This document shows, one piece after another, positions 1-13,658 of a DNA stretch of 64,000 nucleotides. Both the position numbers and the translations under genes were made by a program. Position 1 is the stretch's first letter, and each line of letters starts with the position of its first letter. This DNA comes from Eledone cirrhosa (taxonomy: Eukaryota): contig OZ024743.1 of NCBI GenBank assembly GCA_964016885.1, positions 8,060,001 to 8,124,000 of the forward strand, given 5' to 3'. A model generated the notes under the pieces. It did no database searches. It was not told where the DNA came from and saw nothing but the letters and a program-made list of their open reading frames with translations.

Positions 1-323
1 CGTTTCATTCTTATTAGAAATCTTCAGGATTACATATCCAGTGCTTTTATCGAGAATGACACAGCTAGAGACTTATAGAATACTTAGCTGTGTACAGAAA
101 CTGGTTTGAAAGAGCGGTTGCCGGTCCGGCAGAAATTAGAAATTGGATTAAATGCTCTGAAATAGCGATATATATTCTAATAAGAATGAAACGCGTAGGT
201 TACTTCCCTTGCTTTTATCGAGAATCTAATTGTAATACGTGACGTATTCTATTCTATAGCGATTAGGTCTTCAAAATGTTTATTATAAACATACAGAATA
301 TTTTCGAATATTCTATGTCTATC

Positions 324-367
<44 letters not shown>

Positions 368-417
368 TACTACTGTACGTATGTATACATATATGTATGT
401 ACGTATACATACATACT

Positions 418-463
<46 letters not shown>

Positions 464-574
464 TTTCGTATATCTAAAGATATACGAAATGATTAATAAA
501 TAAACATTCTGAAAGCCTCAGAAAGCTGAAGGACAACGCCATCTAGCGGAATCCAGCAGAAGCAAGGGGGGATA

Positions 575-618
575 ATTGTCTATGCATTTCAAACTTAGAT
601 GGTTTTAATCAGGACAAT
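575..618 (-). ncRNA. Degenerate minimal hammerhead motif (core CUGAUUA)
   Basis: auuguc CUGAUUA aaac-caucuaa-guuu GAAA ugca UA gacaau; stems covary relative to 48730-48773. Confidence 0.6.
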
Positions 619-641
619 GCTTCCCTCTGCCTACTGCTGGA

Positions 642-692
<51 letters not shown>

Positions 693-885
693 AAAAGGGC
701 GATTTATTAGGTGTTCATCACATTTATTGAGTAGTGACGCGTGTTCCGCTAGTGATCAGCTCAAGGTTCGATCTGTATCGATCTAGCCCGACTCTGGAGG
801 CAAAAGCTCGTCGGGACTTTCTGTTGTGGTAATGTCATGAGAAACACCGCCCCTACGACTGCCACAAGATTTACATGAATATGCA

Positions 886-1028
<143 letters not shown>

Positions 1029-1252
1029 TCATATCAGCTTAGGAAGACGACCGGTACATTCTAACAGAAATATCCTGATAGCAATGTCTACTTTGAATTA
1101 GATATCTTACGAACACTGGGATAAATAAAAGTGACTAAACTCCACTAGCATAGTCGCAATCCTGCTAGTGAAACCAAATAAAAGATAATAAAAGCCTCTT
1201 TATACCTGTAACATATAACATGGAAACGTTTCGTTGTGAAACCTATGACCTT

Positions 1253-1297
<45 letters not shown>

Positions 1298-1311
1298 TTA
1301 ATATAGATGAG

Positions 1312-1358
1312 ATTCTACAGGACTAGAACTGTTTCATTCTTTAGAAATCGTCAGGAAT
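1312..1358 (-). ncRNA. Type I hammerhead ribozyme motif with closed stem III
   Basis: Minus strand: auuc CUGACGA u uucu-aa-agaa u GAAA cag-uucuaguc-cug UA gaau; lies between two (TA)n tracts. Confidence 0.7.
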
Positions 1359-1364
1359 AACGTA

Positions 1365-1440
<76 letters not shown>

Positions 1441-1615
1441 TATAGCAATATATACTGTATAATAGCACTTTTCACCACTTATGTAAAATTAATATTTATG
1501 TTCTCAATAGAATTTTTTCATATATATATATGAAAAAATTCTATTGAGAACATAAATATACAGTATATATTGCTATTTCATTAATTGTAATATATATACA
1601 ATTATATATATATAT

Positions 1616-2055
1616 TTCGTTTCCGAATTTGTTTAGGAAGATTCTTTATCTGAAAACTTTGTGTTGAAACCGATATTGTTATGCTTTGGGAGGGTCATGT
1701 TGCCAATAAGGAACACACGCACCAGTTGCTTTCACTTCAATTTATTATAAATTAAATTTATAAATTTAGGAATTTATAAATTTCTGGTTGGTACACACAC
1801 AAAAACAAGATGGCGTAGGACAGAACAAAAGAGATGCACAAAAACAAAGAAAAGAATCCCCAGTCGCTGAAGAGGTCACAGAATGTGTGACGAAAGAAGT
1901 TTGACAATATATGAACAATCGTCTGGTTGTGAAACCAACCAACCGGAAATTTATAAATTCCTAAATTTATAAATTTAGTTTATAATAAATTGAAGTGAAA
2001 CAACTGGTGCGTGTGTTTCTTGTTTCTTATTGGCAACATGACCCTCCCAAAGCAT

Positions 2056-2060
<5 letters not shown>
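1616..2060 (+). mobile_element. Fold-back PLE-derived insertion (family A) in (TA)n
   Basis: Inverted arms about 1673-1792 / 1938-2063; unpaired overhang 1616-1672; hammerhead-like core at 1863-1905; ends homologous to the PLE at 55548 and 57387-57456. Confidence 0.8.
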
Positions 2061-2145
<85 letters not shown>

Positions 2146-2554
2146 GTATATACATTACAATTAATGAAATAGCAATATATACTGTATATACCACGTTTCA
2201 CCACTTATGTAAAATTAATATCTGTTCTCATTAGAATTTTTTTATATTGTACATTACTTTCGGGTTCATAGTTGAAGACTTACAAATAATTGATTTCAAT
2301 GTCCAGTAAAAACAATAGTTCTGTGTATTTGACACTCAGTGAAACTGTTTAAATTTTAACTTTTATATAAAACTGAAACGAATTACTTTGTGTCAAATTA
2401 ATCTTACAATATAATCGATGTACCTCCCTCATACAAAATATTTGATGAACATTCCACATACAAAATATTTAACGTATTCAATCTCTCATAAAGGTCCATC
2501 AAATTAGATTACTCTGTTCTATAGAATTTTATATTTCTAGATAACATTATCTTG

Positions 2555-2943
2555 TTGGCAGTATCGATAGAGAGTCGGACGCCATGCTTTGACGCATAGA
2601 GTTACGGCCCTTGCCATTCTGAGTTCGAATCCCATCGAGGTTAACTTTGCCTTTCATCCTTACGGGGTCGATAAAATAAAGTACCAGTAATGCACTGGGT
2701 AATTGCTGGCCTTGTGCCTAATGTAGAAACAATTATTTTTTTTTAAAAAGGGCGGTGGATTGACAGTATCGGTAGAGGGTCGGACACCATGCCTTGACGC
2801 GTAGAGTTACGGCGCTTGCCATTCTGAGTTCGAATCCCGCCGAGGTTAACTTTGCCTTTCATCCTTACGGGGTCGATAAAATAAAGTACCAGTAATACAC
2901 TGGGGTAATTGCTGGCCTTGTGCCAAAAGTAGAAACAATTATT
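2555..2943 (+). mobile_element. Two tandem copies of tRNA-type SINE family 1
   Basis: A-box-like TGGCAGTATCGG, B-box GAGTTCGAATCC, core GCCTTTCATCCTTACGGGGTCGATAAAATAAAGTACCAG, tail GTAGAAACAATTATT. Confidence 0.9.
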
Positions 2944-4357
2944 TTTTTTTTAAAACACTATAATAATTTATTCATGGAATATATTATGTAAATACAGTTT
3001 AATAGAAAAAGGAAAAAAGAAAGGAATATAAAATAGGAAAATATAAAGAGAAAAGAAAAAACGGAAAAGGAAAGGAATGACAAGAACTTTAGTGTCACAG
3101 AAGAATAGGAAGAGGGAGAGGAGGGGGATTCTGCTCAGAGCCTGGGGCACACGGCAAAGGGGCTGTGCCCTGCGGACAAGACCACAAAAGCATTCCTGCA
3201 GACAATGGCCAGCCACACCCGCTGCAACAGCCACCCGACCTTGCGGGCTCTTTCCTCGGACGGGCTGGAGCTCGATGGTACATGGTCCAAGTATGCCTGA
3301 AGTCTCGAATAACTTCGTATATAAAAACAAAATCAGTATTTGTAGCTAGCTAAATTACATCTCTACGTAGAATTACAAATGCCATTTATTTCAACAATTG
3401 CATGTGTAATTTGGTTTCAGTGACAGGACTGAGACCACACTGATTTCAAATTGAATCTAACTTATGACTTTCAGAATCCCGTTTACTTAATAAAAGATTT
3501 TGGACATGAATATTTCGACTTTTTTAATGCCATATTTTATATTATATATTTCATACACCATATTTTTCTGCCTTTTATACCTGCCTCCAGATTCCATTGT
3601 CTATTGGAAATGAGTTTCTAATTATAGTATTACAGAAAGAATATACGATAGTGGTTTCTAACTCTCTTTTCCTGGTGGCCGTTGACTCTAACATTTTAAG
3701 AAAGTAATATAAAATGCAAGGCGGCGAAGTGGTAGAGTCGTTAAGGCGTTGGATTAAAAATTCCTCGGAATTTGTGTTACCGTTCAAACCTCGTCAAATC
3801 AACTTTACCTCTCATAATTTTGAGATCGATAAATAGTTCAGTACTGGAGTAGATTCTCTGTCTCCGATGTGGAGAAGGATGGGCTCAGTCAAGCAGAGAA
3901 AAAAACGATATGCCTTGTGTCAGGATGGTTCCCATGCGATCTGCCAGAAATTAAGGGCTCCTTATATTAAAAACGTAAGTATTTCTCAGAAACTAGTCAA
4001 TCATTGAACTATTTCTAACCAAAAATCAAAACTAGTTTGTAAATACCGTACGACGAGCATTTTAACGTTACATTATATTTCCAATATTCTTCTTGAAAAT
4101 TAAAAAAATTTTTTTATGTACCAAAGATTTTGAATTTATTTAACAAATACCCAAATAATTGACGCCCTGCTTTTAATAATATGCTGTTCAAATAATACAC
4201 CATAAACTCTAAATTTATTTATGATTCTTATTCTCGCTTATCTATCATTTCATATTATTTATATACTTTTGACATTATACAAAATTATGATATGATATAT
4301 CAATATTCATAACAACATATGTTCGTTTCAGTAGAAAGTATATTTCTTGCCTAAGAC

Positions 4358-4675
4358 GGCGAATTGGCAGTCGTTAGAACGTCGGATAGAATGCTTTGTG
4401 GTATTCGTTCCAGCTTTCTGCTCTCTGAGTTCAAATCCGAGTCAACTTTGCCTTTCATCCTTTCGAGGTCGATAAAAAAAGTACCAGTCTAGTACTGGGG
4501 TGGATTCTTCTTCTATATCTCTTTCTTGTTTCATTTCTCTTACTTTCTATCTTTCTCTGGAAGAGATCTGCTGTACTCAGGCCTGGAGAGGGATGGGCTC
4601 CGCCATACTTAAAATGCCCAAGAAACACCGTATGTCAATACGGCACCCCTACAGATCTATCAAGAGTTACGTGAC
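4358..4675 (+). mobile_element. SINE family 1 variant with alternative long tail (also about 17239-17566 and 59389-59714)
   Basis: Same head and core, then a CT-rich tract and GGAAGARATC...AATGCCCAAGA...CCGTATGTCAATACGG tail in three copies. Confidence 0.85.
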
Positions 4676-5288
4676 CATATATACTTATTTCTTGCCAGTA
4701 ATTAAAGATATATCTCTACAGTATTTTATCCATTCTGTTGCTGCTGATAAACTCTGGTGTTGGTATTTTACAGCAACTATCAATAAAGACGATCCTTTAT
4801 TCTGTCCCTTGACCAACTATAAATGTCAGACAAATTTCCTTCTAATCACATCTCAAGTCTGAATATAATTAGAAACGTTTTCAGATATATGTATAATGTA
4901 CTTGATCATTGGTATATATTCCTTTATATCACCGCTGACCTGCTCACCACAGCAACTACTAATAACATTATCTCAAAACGGGTTCCTATACGGAACTAGA
5001 GTTTTCTCCTTGTCATGCCACACTTGTTTTCTTTATAATTCTTACCGACACAAATTTCCTGTCGCCTCTTCAAATTCTAATGTCTAACATTACATATTTT
5101 AAAAGTAATATCTTTAGAAGATCTCAGGTGTTTACTGCCTCTCTGAGAAACTTGTAAAGTCTTTACTAACCAAATAATATTTAAAAGGAATAATCAACAA
5201 AGAAATTGTATTTATTTTGTAGTGTGGCTGACTTTTTAACAGTTTGGATAATTTCGCTGATTAAACACATTCTTATATATATATATAA

Positions 5289-5754
5289 CTAGCAGATTTA
5301 CCCGGCGTTTCCCGGGGTTTGAAATTATGCTAAGAATGTACAGCTAGGAAGTAAATTGAATGAAAAATCCCATAAGGATTTAGTTTGTATGGGTTTGCTG
5401 ACACAGGCATGTGACTTAGAAGAAAATCGATGCTCGCTTAAGAGCCTTGTAGTGCGGAGAATAAACACCTACAATTTTGTCGCAAGTGACAAAAAAAATG
5501 TGCAAGCTACAGCTGAAAAGTTGTAGGTCCCAACACTTTGAATGGAAAGTCCCATAAGGATTTTGTTTTGATTGATTTCTACCTTACATCATGCCCTTTA
5601 GAATAATAATTTTGCTATCGATTTTTTATTGCTCAACGTGGGTCGATTTGAAAATGTTTTGTGATGTGACCATCTTAGCGACAGGTGCCACGTGCACAGA
5701 AACTTTGGTCAAATTCAGTTGGGAACTGTAAAAGCCTTAGCTGTCCAAAGTTGT

Positions 5755-5830
<76 letters not shown>

Positions 5831-6257
5831 CCTCGCTTTTATATATATAGATTTCGCAGCTCTAGCATCACGCCTTCAGAATCAGCCAAAAAACTTTTCA
5901 ACCCAGATTTGTATACAATACACAATTACTTGTCCTAACAGGCTTCCATAATCTTTTCATCTCCTCACTCCTTTTTTCTCCTCCCCTTCAACGCATCTGC
6001 CTACCTCTTTCCGCCACTCTTACTTACTCCGTCTCTCTCTGTTTGTGTCATTTCTCCTCTCTGTCTCTTTTCCCCTCTCTTTATATTTAATCTGCCCCTC
6101 TATTCATTATCGCTTTCCGCTCTCACTCTTTTGTATCACTCCTCTCTTTCTCTCTTTGTATCATATCTCCCTCTTTCTCTCTCTTTGTATCTCATCTCCC
6201 TCTCTGTCTCTTTTTATACCATATCTCTTCTCTCGCTCTCGCGCGCTCTCTCTCTCT

Positions 6258-6289
<32 letters not shown>

Positions 6290-6461
6290 ATTTGTATCAT
6301 ATCTCCCCCTTTCTCTCTCTCTCTGTCCCATATCTCATCTCTCCCCCTCTCTCTCTCTCTCTTTGTACCATATCTCCTCTTTCTCGCTCTGTTTCTGTAC
6401 CATATCTCCCCTCTCTCACTCTCTTTATACCATGTCTCCTCTCTCTCACTTTATGCCATAA

Positions 6462-6498
<37 letters not shown>

Positions 6499-6866
6499 TG
6501 TACCATATCTTCTCTCTCCCTCTCTCCCTGTACCATATCTCCTCTCTTTCTCTCTCTGTAATATATCTCCTCTCTCTCCCTCTGTACTATATCTCCCCCT
6601 CTCCCTCTCTACCATATCTTCTCTCTCTCTCTCTCTCTCTCACTCGCTCTCTCACTCTCTCAGTGTTTCCTCTACCACTGATTCTGACCTCCGTAGCCTT
6701 TCATACTCTGTACACACACATCCTTTTTGTGACGTGACCATCTTAGCGACATGTGCAACGTGCACAGAAAATTTGGTCAAATTCGGTTGGGAATTGTAAA
6801 AGTCTTAGCTGTGCAAAGTTGTCCACAGACACACACACACATCCTCGCTTTTATATATATATAAGA
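5289..6866 (-). mobile_element. Non-autonomous Helitron with duplicated 5' end
   Basis: Minus strand A|TC start at 6866 (second TC start at 5851); GC hairpin followed by CTAG|T end at 5289; about 5665-5850 repeats at about 6733-6862. Confidence 0.8.
6120..6660. repeat. CT-rich minisatellite (TGTACCATATCTCCTCTCTC units) inside the Helitron
   Basis: More than 12 degenerate units visible. Confidence 0.85.
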
Positions 6867-9759
6867 TATAAGATATGAGAGAAAGTTTTCATTTTGGAAA
6901 CGAAGCTGGATACTGATTTCTCAAACATGAAGCCGAATTTATATATTTACATTAACACTGTCACATACAGTGAAGCATCAAACAGGCAAAGTTACTGCAG
7001 CTAAGATTAACCACAAATACAGTTGGAATGTACATCACTGAGTTCGCTTTGATCACATCTACTTTCTCCACCACAAGATTCTACAGGCATATAGGCAACC
7101 TATCGATAAGACCTCTACACCACCACTCGACCTATAAGACATTTCAAGACACATTGGGTAATGTAGTCTTATATACACTACATTTGGACAAAAAGAAATG
7201 TTTAAAAAATGAAGTCGTAACAAATAGAATGCTTTTAAGCACAATTCTACTCTTGATCAAGGCTAAGCTGGGGCATAACAAGCATAGAAATATAAAATGA
7301 AATTCAAACTGGATTGTAACCAAGGAGAATATCACGATAAATAGGATTGTATTAGTTTGCTTTCCAGATGTCTCCTCTATCCCAGCATTGTTTTATGTGA
7401 AATAGAAATAATAAATTTAAAATATTTTCGTTTAAAACTCATGAAATACGAAGTAGATTTCATCTTATATTTAATTACAATAACTTACATTTAAAATAAT
7501 ATCATATGGTATAGGAAAGGAAGTCTTTGAGCTTATTACACTCCCTGGATTTTAACTGCACATTGTGATTAACATGATCCATACTTGCCCGGAGGAAGTG
7601 TAAACAAAATGAAACTTTTAGTTGCAACCTCCTTGTTACACTTCTATAAATCTACAGTTTAAAGCTTGTATAAACATTTCATAGCATAAACAAATAAATG
7701 TTTTCCTCCATCACCATATTTTGGACTTCCTTTACTAAAAAAAAAGACAACGCATAATCTGACACTCGGTGAAAGAAAGAAAAAAAATGTTTTAATTTAT
7801 TTCTATGCTAATTGAATTTAGATTTTAATAACTGCTTCCTTTCCTGTCTGACTAACTTAATTTAATACTTTGAAATAATATTATATCTATTTCCCACCAT
7901 TAAACCATAGGGATCTACGGAAACATTACGTGCATCCAACTCCAGCGCTTAATCTCTTCAAAACAAAGAAGGAAATTATATATGTAATGTCATAACATGA
8001 ATACGAACATGCTTTTTCTTTACTGTTTGTTTTGTTAATTTGAAATATGATTTTCTTACAAAACTTATTACTTCTGAATCGTTGATAAACATAAATGAAT
8101 GAGAATCCTATCAAAAGCAATTGAAAATATAGCAGGTAGCTATTTTATTTTAAGTGACAAACTTTAAGAGAACGATTTGATTTTTCATCTTAAAATCTAG
8201 CAAAGATTTTTATATTTTAACATGTCATTATTCGGTAGAGCTTTGCAGCATAGAGTTATGGCTCTTTACATTCCGAGTTCAAATCCTGCCGAGGTTAGCT
8301 TTGCATTTCATCCATACGGTGTCGATACAATAAAGCACCAGTAATGCATTGGGGAAATTGCCGACCTTGTGCCAAAAGTAGAAACAATTATTAAGATGAG
8401 TCCTGTGTATTTATCATTCATTTCATCACATGATCACTAGTTCAGTGCACAGTCCAGCAGATATTCTCAAAAGGTTTTGCAGCGAAGATCTATACATTGC
8501 TGGTACTATACTATGAGTTGCATATATGAATCTGCAATGCATTGTATTAAAGAATGTGTACAAATCTGTAACGAATAATGTGCACCCAGTCTTCCATTTT
8601 CAACCAAATCAAAATGTTTGAATGCTTAGTGTGCCATAGTGAACATGCGATTCATAGGGTCACACTATATATATCATGGAATATGAAAAATGATTATTTC
8701 TACATTAGATATAAGACCTTGGGAAAGTGTTTTGCTTTGGTATATAATACAAAGGTTGTAACAAGCTAAATAAATACTGGGACAAAGTCGTATATCACAA
8801 ATCTATAAATGTTTAAATGATTAACATACTAAATGGACTAAAGAGTTCCACCAACTTTCCGGAATGGTATTTCTCACGTAAAAATCTTCAATCTTTTTTA
8901 ACGAGAAATGGAATATCTTCAACGACACCTGCGAGGTGCACGGATGTCCCTTACTCGGAATGCAACTGATCAAGTCATCTGGTTAGTGTTTTCTGATGAT
9001 GCCAATTCAAGCAGGTGTAAATTTTAAGGAAACAGTAATTCAGGTACAAAACAGACACGTTAAGGTATTATCATGATAATGAGGAGGGGTGGTGGTTAGA
9101 ATTGGCCTGTCCAGTTATTGATATAATTGATTAAAAAGTATTAAATTAATTGTTGGTATTATTGTCCTCTATAAAACAGTGATATTTACTCGTGAAATAA
9201 TTATTCTAAAACACCAATAATCTTATCCGGGAATATGTATAGGCAACAAATGGGGGAAATAATTGTTTCTACTTTAGGCACAAGGCCAGCAATTACCCCA
9301 GTGCATTACTGGTACTTTATTTTATCGACACCGTATGGATGAAATGCAAAGTTAACCTCGGCGGGATTTGAACTCAGAAGGTAAAGGGCCATAACTCTAT
9401 GTTACAACGCATGATGTCTGACGCTCTAGACACCATGCTTTTGGGGAGAATAATATTGATTTACTAGTGTGCTTTAAACTGATAAATTTCACTTAAATGT
9501 ACTTCCTTCATTCAAACATCTTATAGCAAATGTAAATGATTAAAAAAAATAATAATAAATTCAAACGTTGATTACGTTTACATATTGAAAGATTAAACAT
9601 TGAAAGATTATTAGATCTGTTCTTCATAAACTAATGTTTAAAGACAGTAAATTGGAATAGAGTTATAAAATTGTTTGTAAAGGAATGTGCATAATTCTTC
9701 AGTGATGAAATGAATATGTCTATAACAGTTATGATAGTCAACCGTATGTTTTACACTTA

Positions 9760-10255
9760 CCGCATATGCCGGCGTACAAGTCGACATTTGGAGCCTAAAA
9801 AATCTCTCCGAAACCAGGCGTCGACTTGTCCGCCGAATATAAAATGTGAACCTTTACAACTGAAGGGTAAACAATGCCTAACACTTGTACACCACTTACC
9901 AGAATTCTAGCAGCCCACCACAATTATTTCCTACTGAATCTCATATTTGTTAAGTCTATTTAACATAGACATTATAATAATATCAATGACTTGCTGTAGC
10001 TCATAGGGTAGGTTACCATAGGTTCGTTAATGTTAGGTTAGACTGGTTTACTCAGTGAGTTAGAACTCACTTGCGACTGAAATATTTTAGAAGTGTCTAA
10101 GCTTTAAGCGCGCGACTAAATTTTTTGAATTATTTCCCCTACCTTATTTTTTCGGGTCGTCTTATTCGGCGAATATAGGCTTAAACCTGAATTACACCTC
10201 AGAATGTTAGGGGTCTACCTATGCTCCGGATCGACTTGTACGCCGGCATTTACGG
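9760..10255. mobile_element. Tc2/pogo-like MITE (another right end at about 11540-11599)
   Basis: TIR CCGCATATGCCGGCGTACAAGTCGA / TCGACTTGTACGCCGGCATTTACGG; TA on both sides. Confidence 0.8.
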
Positions 10256-11364
10256 TAATTTTGTATTCTTTTAAAGTGGGAGAATATATTTCTACAATAT
10301 ATTCTTGCAGGATCAAACAGTTTATCATTTGACAAAGGTATATCTATTTTACAAAATATGACCTTTTAAGCTTCTCTGGAAACCGTGATTTCGTCTTAAA
10401 AGTTTATTAACTTATAGTGACAATTATCAACTAACTTCTATTCATATAACTGAAATCCCACTCCTTCATAGGGAAAACAAATAGGGATATATCAAAAGAA
10501 GTTCAGCTGTTGACCTTTTCTCTATCAGATGCAAATGACTCTTAAAAACTTAGGAGCGAACAAGATTCGCCTAAGTTATTAATAAAGAAAGGTCAACATC
10601 CGATCTTACTTTTTTGATAGAATTTGGCACAGTAGTTACATTTTGTCTTAAGAAGTCAACCATAACTGAACACTTAAGTTGCCACTTTCTTTCCGGTCGT
10701 AATATCTTAGGATGTACCAAAATGAAGAAATATTAAACCCCATTTCATTAACACTAACGCAGACGAGTCTACTCAAATATTTATTCATTATTCAAAATAG
10801 CTCAGCTGAACAGTTAACTTTTAGTCTTGGTTTCCATATTATTAGTATTATTATTTTTATTATCGGGTGGTGGATTGGCAGTATCAGTAGAGGATCGGGC
10901 GCCGTGCTTTGCAGCATAGATTTACGGCCCTTTATGATCTGAGTTCAAATACCGCTGAGGTTAACTTTGCCTTTCATCCTTACGGGGTCGATAAAATAAA
11001 GTACCAGTAATACACTAGGATAATTGCTGGACTTGTGCCAAAAGTAGAAACAATTATTATTTTTATTATCTTTGGTGGTTGATGTATACGGACGTATTAT
11101 TTTGGAGCTCTTGTAATTGTTGTTGATTTAACCTCTTATATTGTTGGACTTTTTGGTTTTAAAGAGGACATAAGGCATTGGACTTAGTTCCAAAGAAATG
11201 AGACCTCATAATATTTGGGCCTTTGGCCCAAATATTCGAACTTTATTTTATTCGAAAAAAACATTGATGGAACACGCCCCCAAACGTTAAGCCTGTCATC
11301 ACGTAACAGCGGTTCGAGCGTTGAGCTAAGTGACACCTCTCCTAGCACAAATTTAGGCAGTATT

Positions 11365-11530
11365 GCCAACAACCAAAAAAACAGACGAAAGAAACAATGA
11401 CAACAAAAACAACAACGAAATTAACAACAACAACAACAACAACATGAACATGAACAACGACAGCATCAACAGCAACAACGATACAAGTCAAGAAAACAAC
11501 GGCAACAACTCCAAGAACAACAATGAAATC
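11365..11530 (+). repeat. Degenerate (AAC)n tract
   Basis: Directly visible. Confidence 0.85.
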
Positions 11531-13430
11531 AAAAATTACATCCCAGAATTTTAGGGGATGACCTATGCGCCAGATTGACTTGTACGCCGGCATATTCGGT
11601 ATATGTTGAAATCATTATTATCATTATATTTCTGTAATGATTGGTTAATTGACAGTTGACTCCCAATCCTATGCATATTATACAATTCAATTCATATGAG
11701 AATTGAGGATAACAAAAAACTAGTGCGATGACTTGAGCGCAAATGTTTTTAAAAATTCATTAAATATTCGTCAACATTACATGTATTGTGTTTATTAAAC
11801 ACATCATATATTTATATAGCACATTCGTCAAGATTTTATTTATATTTAGAGCTAAGAGTAATATATCTCTGAGCGAAATTATAGAGCTCCCATTTGATTC
11901 GAATTTCAAGAAGATTAATCTATACACATATGTATAGGGAATACGTATTTTCCTTTGAATGCAATTGAGTGAATTTGAGTATGTAAGCTGTACCAGTGTT
12001 ATTAAATCTGCGATGAAAACACAATTTTTCATTCTTCTACTAGTCAACCAGCTTGAATAGTTACAACCTGGTATTTTTAGTAAATGGGAATTGAAAAGTT
12101 ATAACGTTCACGTTTTACCCAAAGGCAACCCAGTATTAAAGTCTGTTCTCGGACGCGGCCTGTTAAGAAAATTACCTTTGCTCAACGAAGATAACTTCAG
12201 AAAATATTAAGAAAACACAAGGGGGACAGAGATAATAATAGAATATTACATTTTATAAGCTTCACTACTGTTAGTTCGGAGTTCCACTGTTTTGAGGTGA
12301 GAATATAACGGTGTTATTTCTCAGTTGAAATTCTGTCGGCGTCAGCTTTGCTTTTCCATTCTCAGAAGCCAGTGAATTAAATACAATTCATGTTTGAGGG
12401 ATTAATCCAGTTTCTGCCAGTTTTACTTGCTATCTACCAAAAATAATGTTGAGCTCATTGAAAAGTCTCTACTGAGGCCAGTCCTAAGCTCTCTTTAAAA
12501 AATTGCTTGGCAACCAGCCAGAAATCAAGCCATATAACAACAGAAACTGCTATAGAAATCAATAATGACAGGTACAGATATAGCAGCTTGTCTCGAAAGG
12601 AGATAATAAAACTAAAAAAGGACGAATGGACCTTCAGTTTTTGCTAATAAGCAATTGGTACCCTCACCCTCGACAAAGTGTTATTTTTATGACACATTTC
12701 GGAATGTACAATATACAGAATCTGCACAAATTTAACAAATTGATACAACTTTTCGGAGTGCCTGAGAGATACCAACTAGACATTTAAGGAGTAAGTAAAA
12801 TGAATAGATGGATATATATTTTTTTGTTTCTATTTTAGGTACAAGGCCAACAATTTCAGGGGTGGTGGGGGGTCCATTAAATCGACCCCAGTGTATTACT
12901 GGTGCTTTATTTTATCGGCCCCGTAAGGATAAAAGGCAAAGCTAACCTCGGCGGGATTTGAACTCAGAACGCAAAGGGCCGTAACTCTATGCTATGTAGC
13001 ATGGTGTCCGACGCTCTACTGATACTGCCAATCCACCGCCCTGGAAATTAATTAACAAGATAGACAGGGGTATTGTTTTGTGGTATTTAGTAATGTCATT
13101 TTACGTTTTATGTTCAAATGACGACTGAAAGACCATGCTGTATTGAGGATATGAAAAACGTGTGAGATGTCGATAACATTTGAACAAAACCAAATAAAAC
13201 AAACAACAAAGAAGGTTAAGGAGGCCATAGAGTTTAAAGGAGTTGTAACCAAAGAAAAAAACTTAAGTACATTATAGCCATTAGTAACGAAAACTCAACA
13301 ATATTGTTGCTGGGTCAACTAGGATTCTGAAAACTCCTAAGACGTGACAAACATCATTAATGTATCATAGAGCATCCAAGAGATATATCTCGTAACATTA
13401 CAGGCTCACACATATTGAATATCATTTGGT

Positions 13431-13658
13431 TTAACCCTTTAGCATTTAAACCGGCCATATCCGGCCAGAATTCTCTCACCTCTTTCTATTCAAACTAGCC
13501 ATAACTGACCGCTCATACTTATGTTAAGGTATTGTTCTCAAAATAAATAATATCAAAATCTCATAGATTCGATATTATGTGAGATAATTTTGTGAGGTAA
13601 AACCTTTAGCATGAAAATCTATAGTATATATAGAGTAATGTAAATGTTAAAGGGTTAG
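13431..13658. mobile_element. piggyBac-like MITE family (copies at about 33418-33663, 41879-42115, 45227-45428, 46146-46357)
   Basis: TTAA-CCCTTTAGCATT ... AATGCTAAAGGG-TTAA type ends and a shared body of about 220 bp. Confidence 0.75.

Noticed and set aside
2750-2845. tRNA genes at A/B-box motifs
   Set aside because: No cloverleaf; these are SINE heads.
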